NCBI GenBank assembly: GCA_963733195.1
Contig: CAVTCR010000053.1
Span: 1-64,000 of the forward strand
Direction: 5' to 3'
Origin: an uncultured delta proteobacterium
Lineage (GTDB): Bacteria; Desulfobacterota; Binatia; Bin18
DNA: 64,000 nucleotides
The notes beneath the pieces are model-generated. The model saw nothing but the letters and a program-made list of their open reading frames with translations, was not told the origin of the DNA and did not search any database. Shown here in pieces: positions 55,031-64,000 of the stretch. The first letter of the stretch is position 1, and the number at the start of each line of letters is the position of its first letter. A program made the position numbers and the translations under genes.

Positions 55031-56332
55031 TCACTTCTTGGTCACGACTAGCTCTAACCGCCGATTCTGTGCCCGGCCTTCTTCAGTATCATTTGACGCC
55101 GTCGGCTTCTCTTGTCCATACCCCATAGTAGACAAACGGGCTGCATTAATACCGCCTGTCGTCATAATGGATTTGACCGAATCCGCTCGGTCCTGAGAGA
55201 GCTTCTTGTTTGCCTCAGCATCACCAACACTATCTGTGTGGCCTTCCAAGCGCGCTTCAGTGGAAGGGTAGGCTGTAAGGATTGCAGTAAGATTCTTCAC
55301 TGTCTGTTCAGATTCAGGCGTAAGCTTGGTTGTCCCAAACTCGAAGTTGAGGTTATCGAAGATAAAAGTACGCGGTACGGTCGTATCCGCCCTATCAGAC
55401 AGAAACTTTGCGAGCTTGTAGTTAAATGAGCCGGTGGTGAGCGAGAGAGTTGCTCCGCCCGGAAGCGCGACGCTCTCGGCTGGAGGTGCTGCCGGTGCAG
55501 AGCGCGGTGCGGGTTCTGCCACCGGTGCCGGTGGGGGAGGTGGTGCCGGCCGTGCTACTGGAGGTGGTGGAGGAGTCGCTTCTCGCTTCGCGATTGGTGC
55601 TGGCTCTTCACTGCAACCGCGAGAGAAGAGCAACCACGGAATCAGAAGCCCAGCAAGCAGCAATGGAATAAGCCATTTTCCAATCCCACTCCCTTCGCGT
55701 GCTGCTTCGACGGCTCGCGTCGTGGTGGCCCTGGCAGTTCCCGTAGCAACCCGTGCTGCTGTGTCTGCCAGCCCTGAGCCGAGATTTCCTAAATTCGCAA
55801 GCCCGAGAACACCGGCGAGTCCTGCTGGAGCGGCCTTCGCGATCAGGTCTTTCTGGCCCATCAGCAGATTTACAAGACTGGAGGCGTTCAATCCTTGTGA
55901 CGCAGTTTCCCGCCCGATCAGGCCGAGTAACAAGGGTGCAATGAGACTAAGGAGCGACGACGCTGACGTGCTTTTAATCCCGCTGTTATTCGCTATCAAG
56001 TCTGTCAGTGCGCCAAGCCTGCCACCGAAAATGATACCAAGCAGATCTTTGCCGGTTTTTAGCAAATCCTGCGTCGAACTTCCACCGCTGAGTAGGCCGG
56101 ACAGATTACCCAAGAGGCTCGCATAATTGCCCTGCGTGAGCAGACTGATGAGACGTCCAGGACCGTCTGCGTTAGAAGATGCGAAGTTCAACAATCCAGC
56201 CAGTACGCTCGGGATCGCACCATCAACCGCCTTTTGCGTGTTGGTTGGGCTTTCGCCGATCAGCGTACTGACCTTCTGCATAATATCCGGTGTCAGCGCT
56301 CCTTTCGCTAGATCCAATAGATTGATTGCCAT
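55031..56332 (-). CDS. OmpA-family protein with DUF937-like N-terminus
   Basis: Gly/Leu-rich N-domain, TM, Pro-rich linker, EGHTD..G...N..LS..RA, NRRLEL. Confidence 0.88.
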   Translation of the reverse strand: MAINLLDLAKGALTPDIMQKVSTLIGESPTNTQKAVDGAIPSVLAGLLNFASSNADGPGRLISLLTQGNYASLLGNLSGLLSGGSSTQDLLKTGKDLLGIIFGGRLGALTDLIANNSGIKSTSASSLLSLIAPLLLGLIGRETASQGLNASSLVNLLMGQKDLIAKAAPAGLAGVLGLANLGNLGSGLADTAARVATGTARATTTRAVEAAREGSGIGKWLIPLLLAGLLIPWLLFSRGCSEEPAPIAKREATPPPPPVARPAPPPPPAPVAEPAPRSAPAAPPAESVALPGGATLSLTTGSFNYKLAKFLSDRADTTVPRTFIFDNLNFEFGTTKLTPESEQTVKNLTAILTAYPSTEARLEGHTDSVGDAEANKKLSQDRADSVKSIMTTGGINAARLSTMGYGQEKPTASNDTEEGRAQNRRLELVVTKK

Positions 56333-56582
56333 AACCCTACCTCCTTGCAAAAAAGATTTACTACTTGGTTTCGTAGTCACAGTTACGTCACGTTTTAGTG
56401 CCTTGCAAGTAAAAACTGGGAAAAGGAAAGAATCGTCCTACTGGTGGAATTCCTAGAGAAAGAAGGATGGTCCGATAGCCTAAGTGATCACAATGTCCTT
56501 GTGGCGTGTCTGGCAGAAGAAATCAAGGGTGGCCAACATGGACCTGATGCCTGAATGTGGTATAGTGCCGCCGCCGCAGGAT

Positions 56583-56652
56583 ATAAAACGTGAAACGCAA
56601 AACGTGAAGAGAACCTGAGAGATCCTCTTACATTTTAGACATTACCTTTTAG
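56583..56652. repeat. Inverted heptamer arrays
   Basis: TAAAACG TGAAACG CAAAACG ... TTACATT TTAGACA TTACCTT. Confidence 0.55.
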
Positions 56653-56665
56653 ATGGGGGAAGCAA

Positions 56666-57844
56666 ATGAAAAAGAGCGACACTCGTATTCTTACTACCCA
56701 CGTTGGCAGCCTGCCGCGCAAAGCCGCATTGAGCGATCTGTTGATTCGCCAAGAGCGCGACGAGAAGATCGACGTGGCCGAGTTGGACCGCTTGGCCGAA
56801 CAAGCGGTGAAGCATGTCATTGAGAAGCAACTCGAAGCCGGTGTCGACATTGGTAATGACGGTGAGCAGCCACGCATCGGTTTTCAGACCTATGTGCCGC
56901 AACGCATGAAGGGATTTGGTGGCGAGAGTAAACGACCGACCCCACAGGACATGCGCGAGTTTCCAGATTTCGTGGCCATTATGCAAAGACGAGAGATGGC
57001 GCGCGCCAAGGTGTTTAACGCGCCCGAAGCGAGGGCAGAGGTGAAGTATGAAGACCTGAGCGGCGTACAAAAGGAATGCGCGCTGACTCGTCGCTGCATG
57101 GACCAAGCGCCGAAGCAATTTACTGAACGTTTTATGACTGCTGCGTCGCCGGGGATCATCTGTACGACGATGTTGAACGCGTACTACGATTCACACGAAC
57201 GCTATGTAATGGCGGTCGCTGAACAGATGCGCAAAGAGTACGAGTACATTTATAGTCAAGGGTTTGTGTTGCAACTTGATGCGCCGGACTTAGCCATGGA
57301 ACGGACGTTTCTCTACCAAGATCTGTCGGTGAAAGAGTTTCAGAAGATCGTGGAGCTGCATATCGCGGCAGTCAATCACGCGATGCAGAACATTCCGGCT
57401 GACCGGGTGCGGCTTCACATATGCTGGGGAAATTACGACGGTCCTCATAATCACGATGTGCCGCTCGAAGACATCCTGCCGATTCTCTATCAAGCAAAAG
57501 TTGAGGCCCTGTCGATCGAGATGTCGAACCCCCGCCATCAGCATGAATACAAGGTGTTCCGTAAGCATAAATTACCTGCTTCGATGCTTCTGATTCCTGG
57601 TGTAATCGACTCAACTACCAACTATATTGAGCCTGCCGAAGTGGTTGCCGACCGGATTTGTCAGGTCGTGGATGTTGTCGGTGATCGTACACGGGTGATT
57701 GCTGGTTCGGATTGCGGCTTCGGTACCTTTGCTGGCTGGGAGATGGTGGCAGAAACTGTCGTCTGGGAAAAATTAAAAGCCTGTACTGAAGGTGCGCAAC
57801 TGGCAACGAAACGATTGTGGGGATATAGAGAAAACGATGAATGA
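56666..57844 (+). CDS. Cobalamin-independent methionine synthase II family protein
   Basis: TTHVGSLPR, LQLDAPD, HICWGNY, PGVID, DCGFGT. Confidence 0.9.
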   Translation: MKKSDTRILTTHVGSLPRKAALSDLLIRQERDEKIDVAELDRLAEQAVKHVIEKQLEAGVDIGNDGEQPRIGFQTYVPQRMKGFGGESKRPTPQDMREFPDFVAIMQRREMARAKVFNAPEARAEVKYEDLSGVQKECALTRRCMDQAPKQFTERFMTAASPGIICTTMLNAYYDSHERYVMAVAEQMRKEYEYIYSQGFVLQLDAPDLAMERTFLYQDLSVKEFQKIVELHIAAVNHAMQNIPADRVRLHICWGNYDGPHNHDVPLEDILPILYQAKVEALSIEMSNPRHQHEYKVFRKHKLPASMLLIPGVIDSTTNYIEPAEVVADRICQVVDVVGDRTRVIAGSDCGFGTFAGWEMVAETVVWEKLKACTEGAQLATKRLWGYRENDE

Positions 57845-57940
57845 GAAAAGAATAGAAACGATGTAACAAGGAAAAGGGTCCGTGTAGTTTGCCTGTAGTT
57901 TTTGCATTCATCAATCTGCATTCATCATTTTGCATTTTGT
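57835..57940. repeat. Inverted heptamer arrays
   Basis: CGATGAA.. on the left; TTTGCAT TCATCAA TCTGCAT TCATCAT TTTGCAT on the right. Confidence 0.6.
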
Positions 57941-57986
57941 TGCTCCTCTTCAGCAGAAGAGTTCCAAGTGTTAAGTTCTCTCCTCA

Positions 57987-58616
57987 ATGCCATCTTCAAA
58001 TTCTAATCTCTCGCCGAACTCTGCTCCTTCGCGTTCGTTGCTCCAGACCATCGGCGCAGTGTTTGACGGCCTTCTGACATTCATTCGCAAAGTGCCGATA
58101 GCGGTGCTGTTCGGAGTCTTCGGTATCATCCTCTATTATCGCTACACCGAACAAACACCAGAAAAAAAATTGGAGCAGTTCTCCAATGTTGGTGAGATGG
58201 AACGTGAGCCGGAGATTCCAGCAGATTTCCCCAAAGATGCGAACCCCTCGGTGCTCACATGCGTCTATAGGGTGAACGCGGAATTGGATAAAAGCCTGTG
58301 GTCTGACGTGTATTTCGGTATGGAAGTGCGCCTCGATGGAAAGATGTTCACCGCCAAAGTGACAGAGAAGTGGCAGGAATTGTCTGACGATAAGCAAAAG
58401 ACAGTGGTGCAGTTCATCGTTGACACTTGGATTCAACATGGGCAGGCACTCAAGCTCTTCACTGCTCGTGAAGAAATGGACGAAGTGACTATTAAACGGC
58501 TCCCAGATGATCAAGTTGTTGCAACCTGGAAGCCTTCGACTGGGGTACGGATGATGAATCCACAGTCCGGAGTGGAGAAAATAGTTAAGAGTGAACAGTT
58601 AAGAGTGAAGAGTTAA
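57987..58616 (+). CDS. Hypothetical single-TM protein
   Basis: Intact 209-aa ORF with one TM; 3' end runs into a repeat array. Confidence 0.65.
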   Translation: MPSSNSNLSPNSAPSRSLLQTIGAVFDGLLTFIRKVPIAVLFGVFGIILYYRYTEQTPEKKLEQFSNVGEMEREPEIPADFPKDANPSVLTCVYRVNAELDKSLWSDVYFGMEVRLDGKMFTAKVTEKWQELSDDKQKTVVQFIVDTWIQHGQALKLFTAREEMDEVTIKRLPDDQVVATWKPSTGVRMMNPQSGVEKIVKSEQLRVKS

Positions 58617-58694
58617 GGAGTTAAGAATTAAAGTAAGAATGAAGAGTCTTCTTAACTAATTAATTCTTCATTCTTCATTCTTAATTCTTCATTG
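58581..58694. repeat. Inverted heptamer arrays
   Basis: ATAGTTA AGAGTGA ACAGTTA AGAGTGA AGAGTTA ... TTCATTC TTCATTC TTAATTC TTCATTG. Confidence 0.8.
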
Positions 58695-58705
58695 CCGAGA
58701 GGCTT

Positions 58706-59785
58706 ATGGGTGATTTTTTCACTGTCGAGTGGCAAAACGGTACAGTCGTGATGCTAGACCAGCGACTGCTGCCAACGAAAGAAATATACCGCACGTATCG
58801 TGACTACCGAGGTGTGGCCAAGGCAATTAAAGATATGGTGGTGCGCGGTGCCCCAGCCATCGGCGTCGCCGCAGCGATGGGTCTTGCCCTTGGCGCGCGA
58901 CAACTGAAAAAGGTGAGCGATAGCAATGAATTTGAACGGCTCTGCCAAGTGTTTGCGGCAACCCGACCTACAGCGGTCAATCTGTTCTGGGCGATTGAGC
59001 GGATGCGCCGAGTGTACAACCGCGTTCGGAAACAGGGAGACGAAGAGATTCGTGGAACTTTGGAGCGTGAAGCCCAGAAAATGCACGAAGAGGACATTGC
59101 TGCCAATCGTCGTATGGGGCGGTATGGAGCGGCGTTGATCCCGAAAGGTGCAACGATCCTCACCCATTGTAATGCCGGCGCGCTGGCCACTGCAGGGTAT
59201 GGGACTGCTTTAGGGGTGATTCGCGCGGCGTGGGAACAAAAGAAGAATATCTCAGTCTTCGTTCCTGAAACACGCCCGTTTCTTCAAGGCGCACGCCTGA
59301 CTGCCTGGGAACTGCAAAAAGAGGGCATTCCTGCGACCCTGATTACTGACAACATGGTTGGTCACTTCATGCAGCAGGGAAAGATCGACTGCGTGATTGT
59401 TGGCACTGATCGTACTGCGGCAAACGGAGATGTGGCCAATAAGATTGGAACCTACACTTCAGCCGTGCTAGCGGATCGTCACAACGTCCCATTTTATGTT
59501 GCTGCTCCTACTTCGTCGATTGACTTGGCGTGTCCGAATGGCAAACACATTCCGATTGAAGAACGATCCTCACGTGAAGTGACCCACGTCTTTGGCAAAC
59601 AGGTAGCCCCGACAAACATGCGAGTTGCCAATCCGGCTTTTGATGTGACGCCGCATGAATTGGTCACTGCAATCGTGACAGAAAAGGGAGTCGCGCGTGA
59701 TCCGTTTCAGAAAACACTGCCGAAGTTGGTTGGCGAAAAGGGGAAACTGGGAAACGGCAATATCGTTCGATCGGTAGAAGTTTGA
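58706..59785 (+). CDS. mtnA: S-methyl-5-thioribose-1-phosphate isomerase
   Basis: [63 protein letters not shown]. Confidence 0.95.
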   Translation: MGDFFTVEWQNGTVVMLDQRLLPTKEIYRTYRDYRGVAKAIKDMVVRGAPAIGVAAAMGLALGARQLKKVSDSNEFERLCQVFAATRPTAVNLFWAIERMRRVYNRVRKQGDEEIRGTLEREAQKMHEEDIAANRRMGRYGAALIPKGATILTHCNAGALATAGYGTALGVIRAAWEQKKNISVFVPETRPFLQGARLTAWELQKEGIPATLITDNMVGHFMQQGKIDCVIVGTDRTAANGDVANKIGTYTSAVLADRHNVPFYVAAPTSSIDLACPNGKHIPIEERSSREVTHVFGKQVAPTNMRVANPAFDVTPHELVTAIVTEKGVARDPFQKTLPKLVGEKGKLGNGNIVRSVEV

Positions 59786-59829
59786 CGATGGTTACAACCG
59801 TTGCAACTTTTCCCCTCTCCCGACCATCC

Positions 59830-62078
59830 CTACGGAATAAAATTCAACTCCTCCGGTAACGGTCCAACGATCGGCGCCTCGAAAGAGCGGTCCAGTCTCC
59901 GTCAGGGTCAATGACGTTGACGCCGTCCGAAGCAAAGAACTCGGCGATCTGCCGACGCGCAGCCGCCCCCACATCTCCCAAGGCTGGGAAAAAGAAAGGA
60001 GAGCTAGGATTAAACGGAAAAATGGAATTGATGATAAGAAAAGCGTGTGGGTCCTTCGGCACTTGTACTCCGGTTGGATTTCGCACTGGATCTGCAAACG
60101 CGAGGTCGTTGCGGTAGTATGTTGCTCGGTCAGCCAGGTCGCCAGCTCGTAGCAGAGCCGTAGCAGGAGGATTCGGCACGGTCTTATCACCTTTGGCGAA
60201 TTGGATGATGATGTCCTTTGGGCGACATCCCTGCGAGTGGGGCTTTGCGCAGATAGGGAGCATAGGCAACAGGGTTTCCTGCCTGTGCGATCCATTCGCT
60301 TCGCTCCAGCACAGTTTGGATCTCGATTGCGCCAGGAACGGTGTTGATTACTGGCGGCTGATTGCGGAGCGGCAGGTTCTCATTAAACTCGAATCCACTT
60401 GGACCTCCGACATTAATCAACGAAGGTACGGACGCGGCAAACGCGGCTCCCACGCCCAGATCGAAAGACCGGCGAGAGTCGGCTGTTTTCGATATCCGCT
60501 CCACCCGGCACATTTGGCACGCCAGCATGCACTTTAGGTTCTACCGCCAGGAAAATCGTGCCATAGATGCCACCTAACGATTGACCGAAGTAGTAGATAC
60601 GTGCCGGATCGAGGTCTGCCACCGTATCGCCATCCACGTCCATGCCGACTTCGATCATGCGTACCAGTTGCATTAAATCGACTACCGTCTGTGCGATGCC
60701 CATCGCGGTTACCCACAATAGTCCGCGGTGCAGCGGCAGCAAGGCCTTCACTCGTACCAATCACTCCGTCGTTGTTTTGGTCAATCCCACGTCCACCTGC
60801 AAGAAAGGTCACTGGGTCACCAGCCGTTTGATTCAACTGTCAACGTTCCTAATGGACCGCCCCCATGTCCTACCGCATTGATGCCAATGGTGGCGATGCC
60901 ACGCTCCGCCATCTCCGCCGCAAATAGGAACAAGCGAGTGTCTTTACTCCCATTCAAGGAATGGCCAAAAATCGCTACTGGCCAGCCGTTCTGTGGCGGA
61001 GTTCCGGAAGGCAGGACAAGGTTAAAGTAGATCTCGTTCTGGCCCTGGACGGCTGGACTCACCGGTCAGGGTGCCCACTGGCGGAATGAATTCACCCGTT
61101 GCTTCATAATTCGGCGAGACATATTTGCCGTAGGCAATCGTGCCAGCCGCACCAGGAATTGCCCGTAGCGCAGGTAGCTGTAAGGCAAAGACGGCAGAGA
61201 TTCCAGGCACGACCTGGGGACGTGACACGGTCTAGGTTCAATGCCATACTGCTGACATTACTGAGCGTGAAAACCGTCCGTGTTCCTCCCGGGCCCAACA
61301 AAAAGTTGGCAGGCGCAGGTACTTCTGCTTTAATTTCATCGCGAATCTTCTCCAGCACGGCGGTTACACTCTGCGTGGTGAAGACGCTGGGGGCCACAAG
61401 ATCTTTAGGATGTACTTTCTGGCCTTTCTTAAGTTGCTGCCTAGGCTTCGACCAGCGCTTGCCGGTAAGCCTGTAGATCTGCGTTCTCATCTGTCCGAAA
61501 TTGAGCACGGCGAAAACGACGAAAGCCTGGGAAGTTGTATCCGGATGCCCATCTGGGTCCGTACCTGCCGTTGGTCACGATAAAGCGCATAGCGAGTATG
61601 TTGCTCCAGCAGTTCATCGGACTCGACATGCAATGTATTTGTCTCTGGGTCCCAGACTATTTGATTAATGCCGATGACCTGTCCACCAGAATTTCCATCG
61701 ATCAGTGTACTGCCGAGATTGAGCAGAAAGACGGACTCGCTGGTTACAGTGTTGACGTCGATAGGACCAGTGAACGGAATCGATAGACGCGATTGCAGGT
61801 TAAAACCATCCAAAGTGTTAATGACATCAATATGACGGCACTCCGTTACGCGAACTGTACAATCCGGTTTGGGCAGATTGACCCGTAGGCCAGTATTGTG
61901 GCTGGAGTCAGGAACAGCAAACAGGTTGCTGGGAAAAGGACCTGCCGATGGAATGTCAGTGCTAAAGCGTACCTGAACCTTGCCTCCAGCCTCAGCTCTT
62001 GCTGGCCAGGCGGCCACACCCATGAATAAAGAAAGAACGCCACTCGCTGCCACAAATCGTTGTCGCACGCATACGCAT
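59830..62078 (-). CDS. Secreted Ig-like-domain alpha/beta hydrolase (lipase-like), many frameshifts
   Basis: GPFPSN, NTLDGF, WPVAIFGH, YFGQSLGG nucleophile elbow, DPHAFL; fragments in several frames. Confidence 0.7.
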
Positions 62079-62140
62079 AAAGGAAACCTCCTTGAGGATA
62101 AATTTGGTGGAAATCTACGGCTGCGCTGCACAAGGAAGCT

Positions 62141-62331
62141 TGATGAAGGAGTGATGATTTGGTGATGAGGGAGTGATGATTGGGGTAAAGAGGGAAAATA
62201 AGCCGAAGGCTGCCGGGGAAATCAATGAAGAATGGGGAATGAAGAGGGAAGAGTGAAAACAGGCTGAAGGGATGAAAAAGGAAGACCAGACTGAAGTAGC
62301 CTGCGCTATACGCACGAAGGGTGGCTAGGGG
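62141..62331 (+). repeat. Stacked heptamer arrays (left shells)
   Basis: TGATGA-type 62141-82; AATGAAG-type 62224-58; AGGCTGA/AGACTGA 62261-96; GTGGCTAGGG 62321-30. Confidence 0.65.
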
Positions 62332-62373
62332 AGAAATCGTGCGTGCAACGCACACTACGCTGAAGTGTATGTC

Positions 62374-62711
62374 TTACTCTGCTTCGGGAAGAATTCTGTC
62401 CAGAGCAGCAATGAGAGATGGCAAATCTTCGATGTATCCCAAACACGGTCCAGATCGATGTCAAAATACGCATGAATCAGTCGATTTCTCATCGCTACCA
62501 TGCTTGGCCAGGGAAGGTCTGGCAATTGACGCTGAGTTTCCTTGGTGACTTGGGCTGCTGCTTCTCCGATAATCTCGATACAGTGTACAAGAGCGTGTTC
62601 CAGCATGCGATCATGGTCGAGATCACTTCTGGAGCGGTCGCGTGAGAAAGAGAGCGCTTCCTGCGCTGCATCTCTCATGTGACGCAGACGTATTTCATCA
62701 TCCTTGCGCAT
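62374..62711 (-). CDS. HepT-like HEPN (DUF86) ribonuclease toxin
   Basis: EIIGEAA...[16 protein letters not shown] (RX4HXY); frameshift near the C-terminus. Confidence 0.88.
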
Positions 62712-63002
62712 ATTGGACTTCTGCTGACTCCACCACAGCCTGTCGAAAATAGCGACTGAGGTCGGCGGGAGTGCGCAGATCGACTTTTCGGCCAAGGATC
62801 TCGGAGATTTCGAGTTCCATTCCTGCAAAACGAATCAGTCCTACTCTTTGCCCTGGCTCGAATTCAACAAGGACATCGATATCACTGTCAGAGCGAAAGT
62901 CTTCCCTGAGTACTGAACCAAAAAACGCGAGCTTACGAATGTGATGGCGCTGACAAGAACGCGGCGAAGGCGCTCATGGTCGACTGGAATTTTTGCACTC
63001 AT
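62698..63002 (-). CDS. MntA-like minimal nucleotidyltransferase antitoxin (frameshifted)
   Basis: [28 protein letters not shown] (GSX10DXD). Confidence 0.82.
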
Positions 63003-63036
63003 AGATCCGACTTTTATCATAAGTTTCGACTGAAAA

Positions 63037-63127
63037 CCCTAGCCCCACTCTTGTTCTCTGCTTTTTTCTGCCTTCAGTCTCAAGCCTATAGTCTTTTTTA
63101 TTCTCAATTCTTCATTCTTAACTCATT
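63037..63127 (-). repeat. Stacked heptamer arrays (right shells, mirror order)
   Basis: CCCTAGCCCC 63037-46; TCAGTCT CAAGCCT ATAGTCT 63074-94; ATTCTCA ATTCTTC ATTCTTA 63100-20. Confidence 0.65.
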
Positions 63128-64000
63128 TGAGCCCCGCTTTGCGCAGGCCAGCCACGAGACGCTCAAGATCGGTTGGATTCGCGTAAGGCACTGTCTTTTG
63201 TACCCACTCCAGGGAAGCAGAGGGCTGGAGCTTGCAGTATTTTTGCCACCGCGGCGCGGGCTTCTTCCTCTTGGCCAAGTTCGGCGAAGCAGAATGCCAA
63301 GGTGAAATAGTAATGGACCGCGTTGGGGTTGACGGCCAGGAATCTTCTTCGCCGTGGTAATCGCTCCTCATACCGTTACGCATCGCGATAGGCAAGCGGT
63401 AAAGAAGTCGTAAAAGGCCCGACTTGCCGGGGATTGAGACGAATCGCTTTCTCGACCAACGCAATCGCTTCCTGCGGCCGTCCAGCAAAAATCATAATAT
63501 TCCCCAGAATCGAAAACCCCTCAGCAAAGTTGGGATCGAGGGCAATGGCCCGTTCGGCTTCGGCAATCGCCTGCGGTAATTGCTTCTGCCACATATGCAG
63601 AACGCCCAAGCTGGTATGGGCATGCGGCAATGCTGTCGTCCAAAGCGATGGCGTACTGCGCAAATGCCGTTGCACGTTGCATGGACTGTGCAGGGTCACT
63701 GCTCCAGTGCAAGTACCAGTCTCGAAAATAGGTCATGCCCAAACCGTGTAGGCAAGAGCGTATTGAGGAGTCTACAGCAAGCGCTTGCTCAAACAACTGC
63801 CGAGCTTGCGCGTTTGCTGCTCGATTCGTTTCTACGTACGCTCGTACTGCCTTCTCCCAACCGCGCAAATAGAGATCATACGCAGTGAGATTTTCTGTAG
63901 GTACACGCCGCACGCGCGCGATTTCCGCTGCCAGCACCTCAACCTGAAGCCGCGCTACGATGGCCTGCGTGATCTCGTCCTGTAGCAGGAAAATCTCCTT
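63123..64000 (-). CDS. TPR-repeat C-terminus of a TolB-like/adenylate cyclase-type protein (partial, frameshifted)
   Basis: LLQDEITQAIV, PTENLTAYDLYLRG, AIAEAERAIALDPNFA, GLRKAGLK end. Confidence 0.8.

Noticed and set aside
56400-56665. SAM or cobalamin riboswitch upstream of the MetE-like gene
   Set aside because: No recognisable conserved core motifs by eye; an Rfam search would be needed.
927-64000. Widespread frameshifts as mass pseudogenisation or programmed recoding
   Set aside because: They also hit essential genes (smc, ftsY), are single-base indels often in short runs, and lack accompanying nonsense decay. This pattern fits long-read consensus errors best.
1-64000. tRNA, rRNA, or integrase marking the island boundary
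   Set aside because: None was recognised by eye on either strand.

Overview
Bacterial chromosomal window. The gene content resembles Candidatus Binatia or another deltaproteobacterial lineage (inference from gene repertoire only). The assembly is indel-rich: even smc and ftsY carry single frameshifts, so most frameshifts are treated as sequencing errors. Layout: (1) 1-3.3 kb, divergent TetR regulators with a DUF2147/methyltransferase operon. (2) 3.4-24.9 kb, a heavy-metal resistance island with CzcCBA-like and CusCBA-like RND systems, a P1B-type ATPase, a CDF, an ArsR/CmtR-like regulator, small Met/Cys/His-rich secreted proteins, several gene relics, a complete ISL3 and an IS1 fragment. (3) 25-36.6 kb, core genes: HNH, smc, ftsY, zapB/zapA, rny, tyrS, era and a CaCA antiporter. 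(4) 36.6-64 kb, a sensor kinase, a DsbA-like gene with an in-frame UGA in a UxxC motif plus a SECIS-like hairpin (probable selenoprotein) next to a VKOR-DsbA fusion, an acyl-CoA catabolic cluster, HigBA and MNT-HEPN toxin-antitoxin pairs, a sigma54 two-component system, OmpA, a MetE-like protein and mtnA. Most notable: the Sec-DsbA/VKOR pair, and a family of inverted 7-8-mer tandem-repeat arrays in intergenic regions. These arrays frame a four-helix-bundle gene and, as nested mirror-image shells, an MNT-HEPN cassette.
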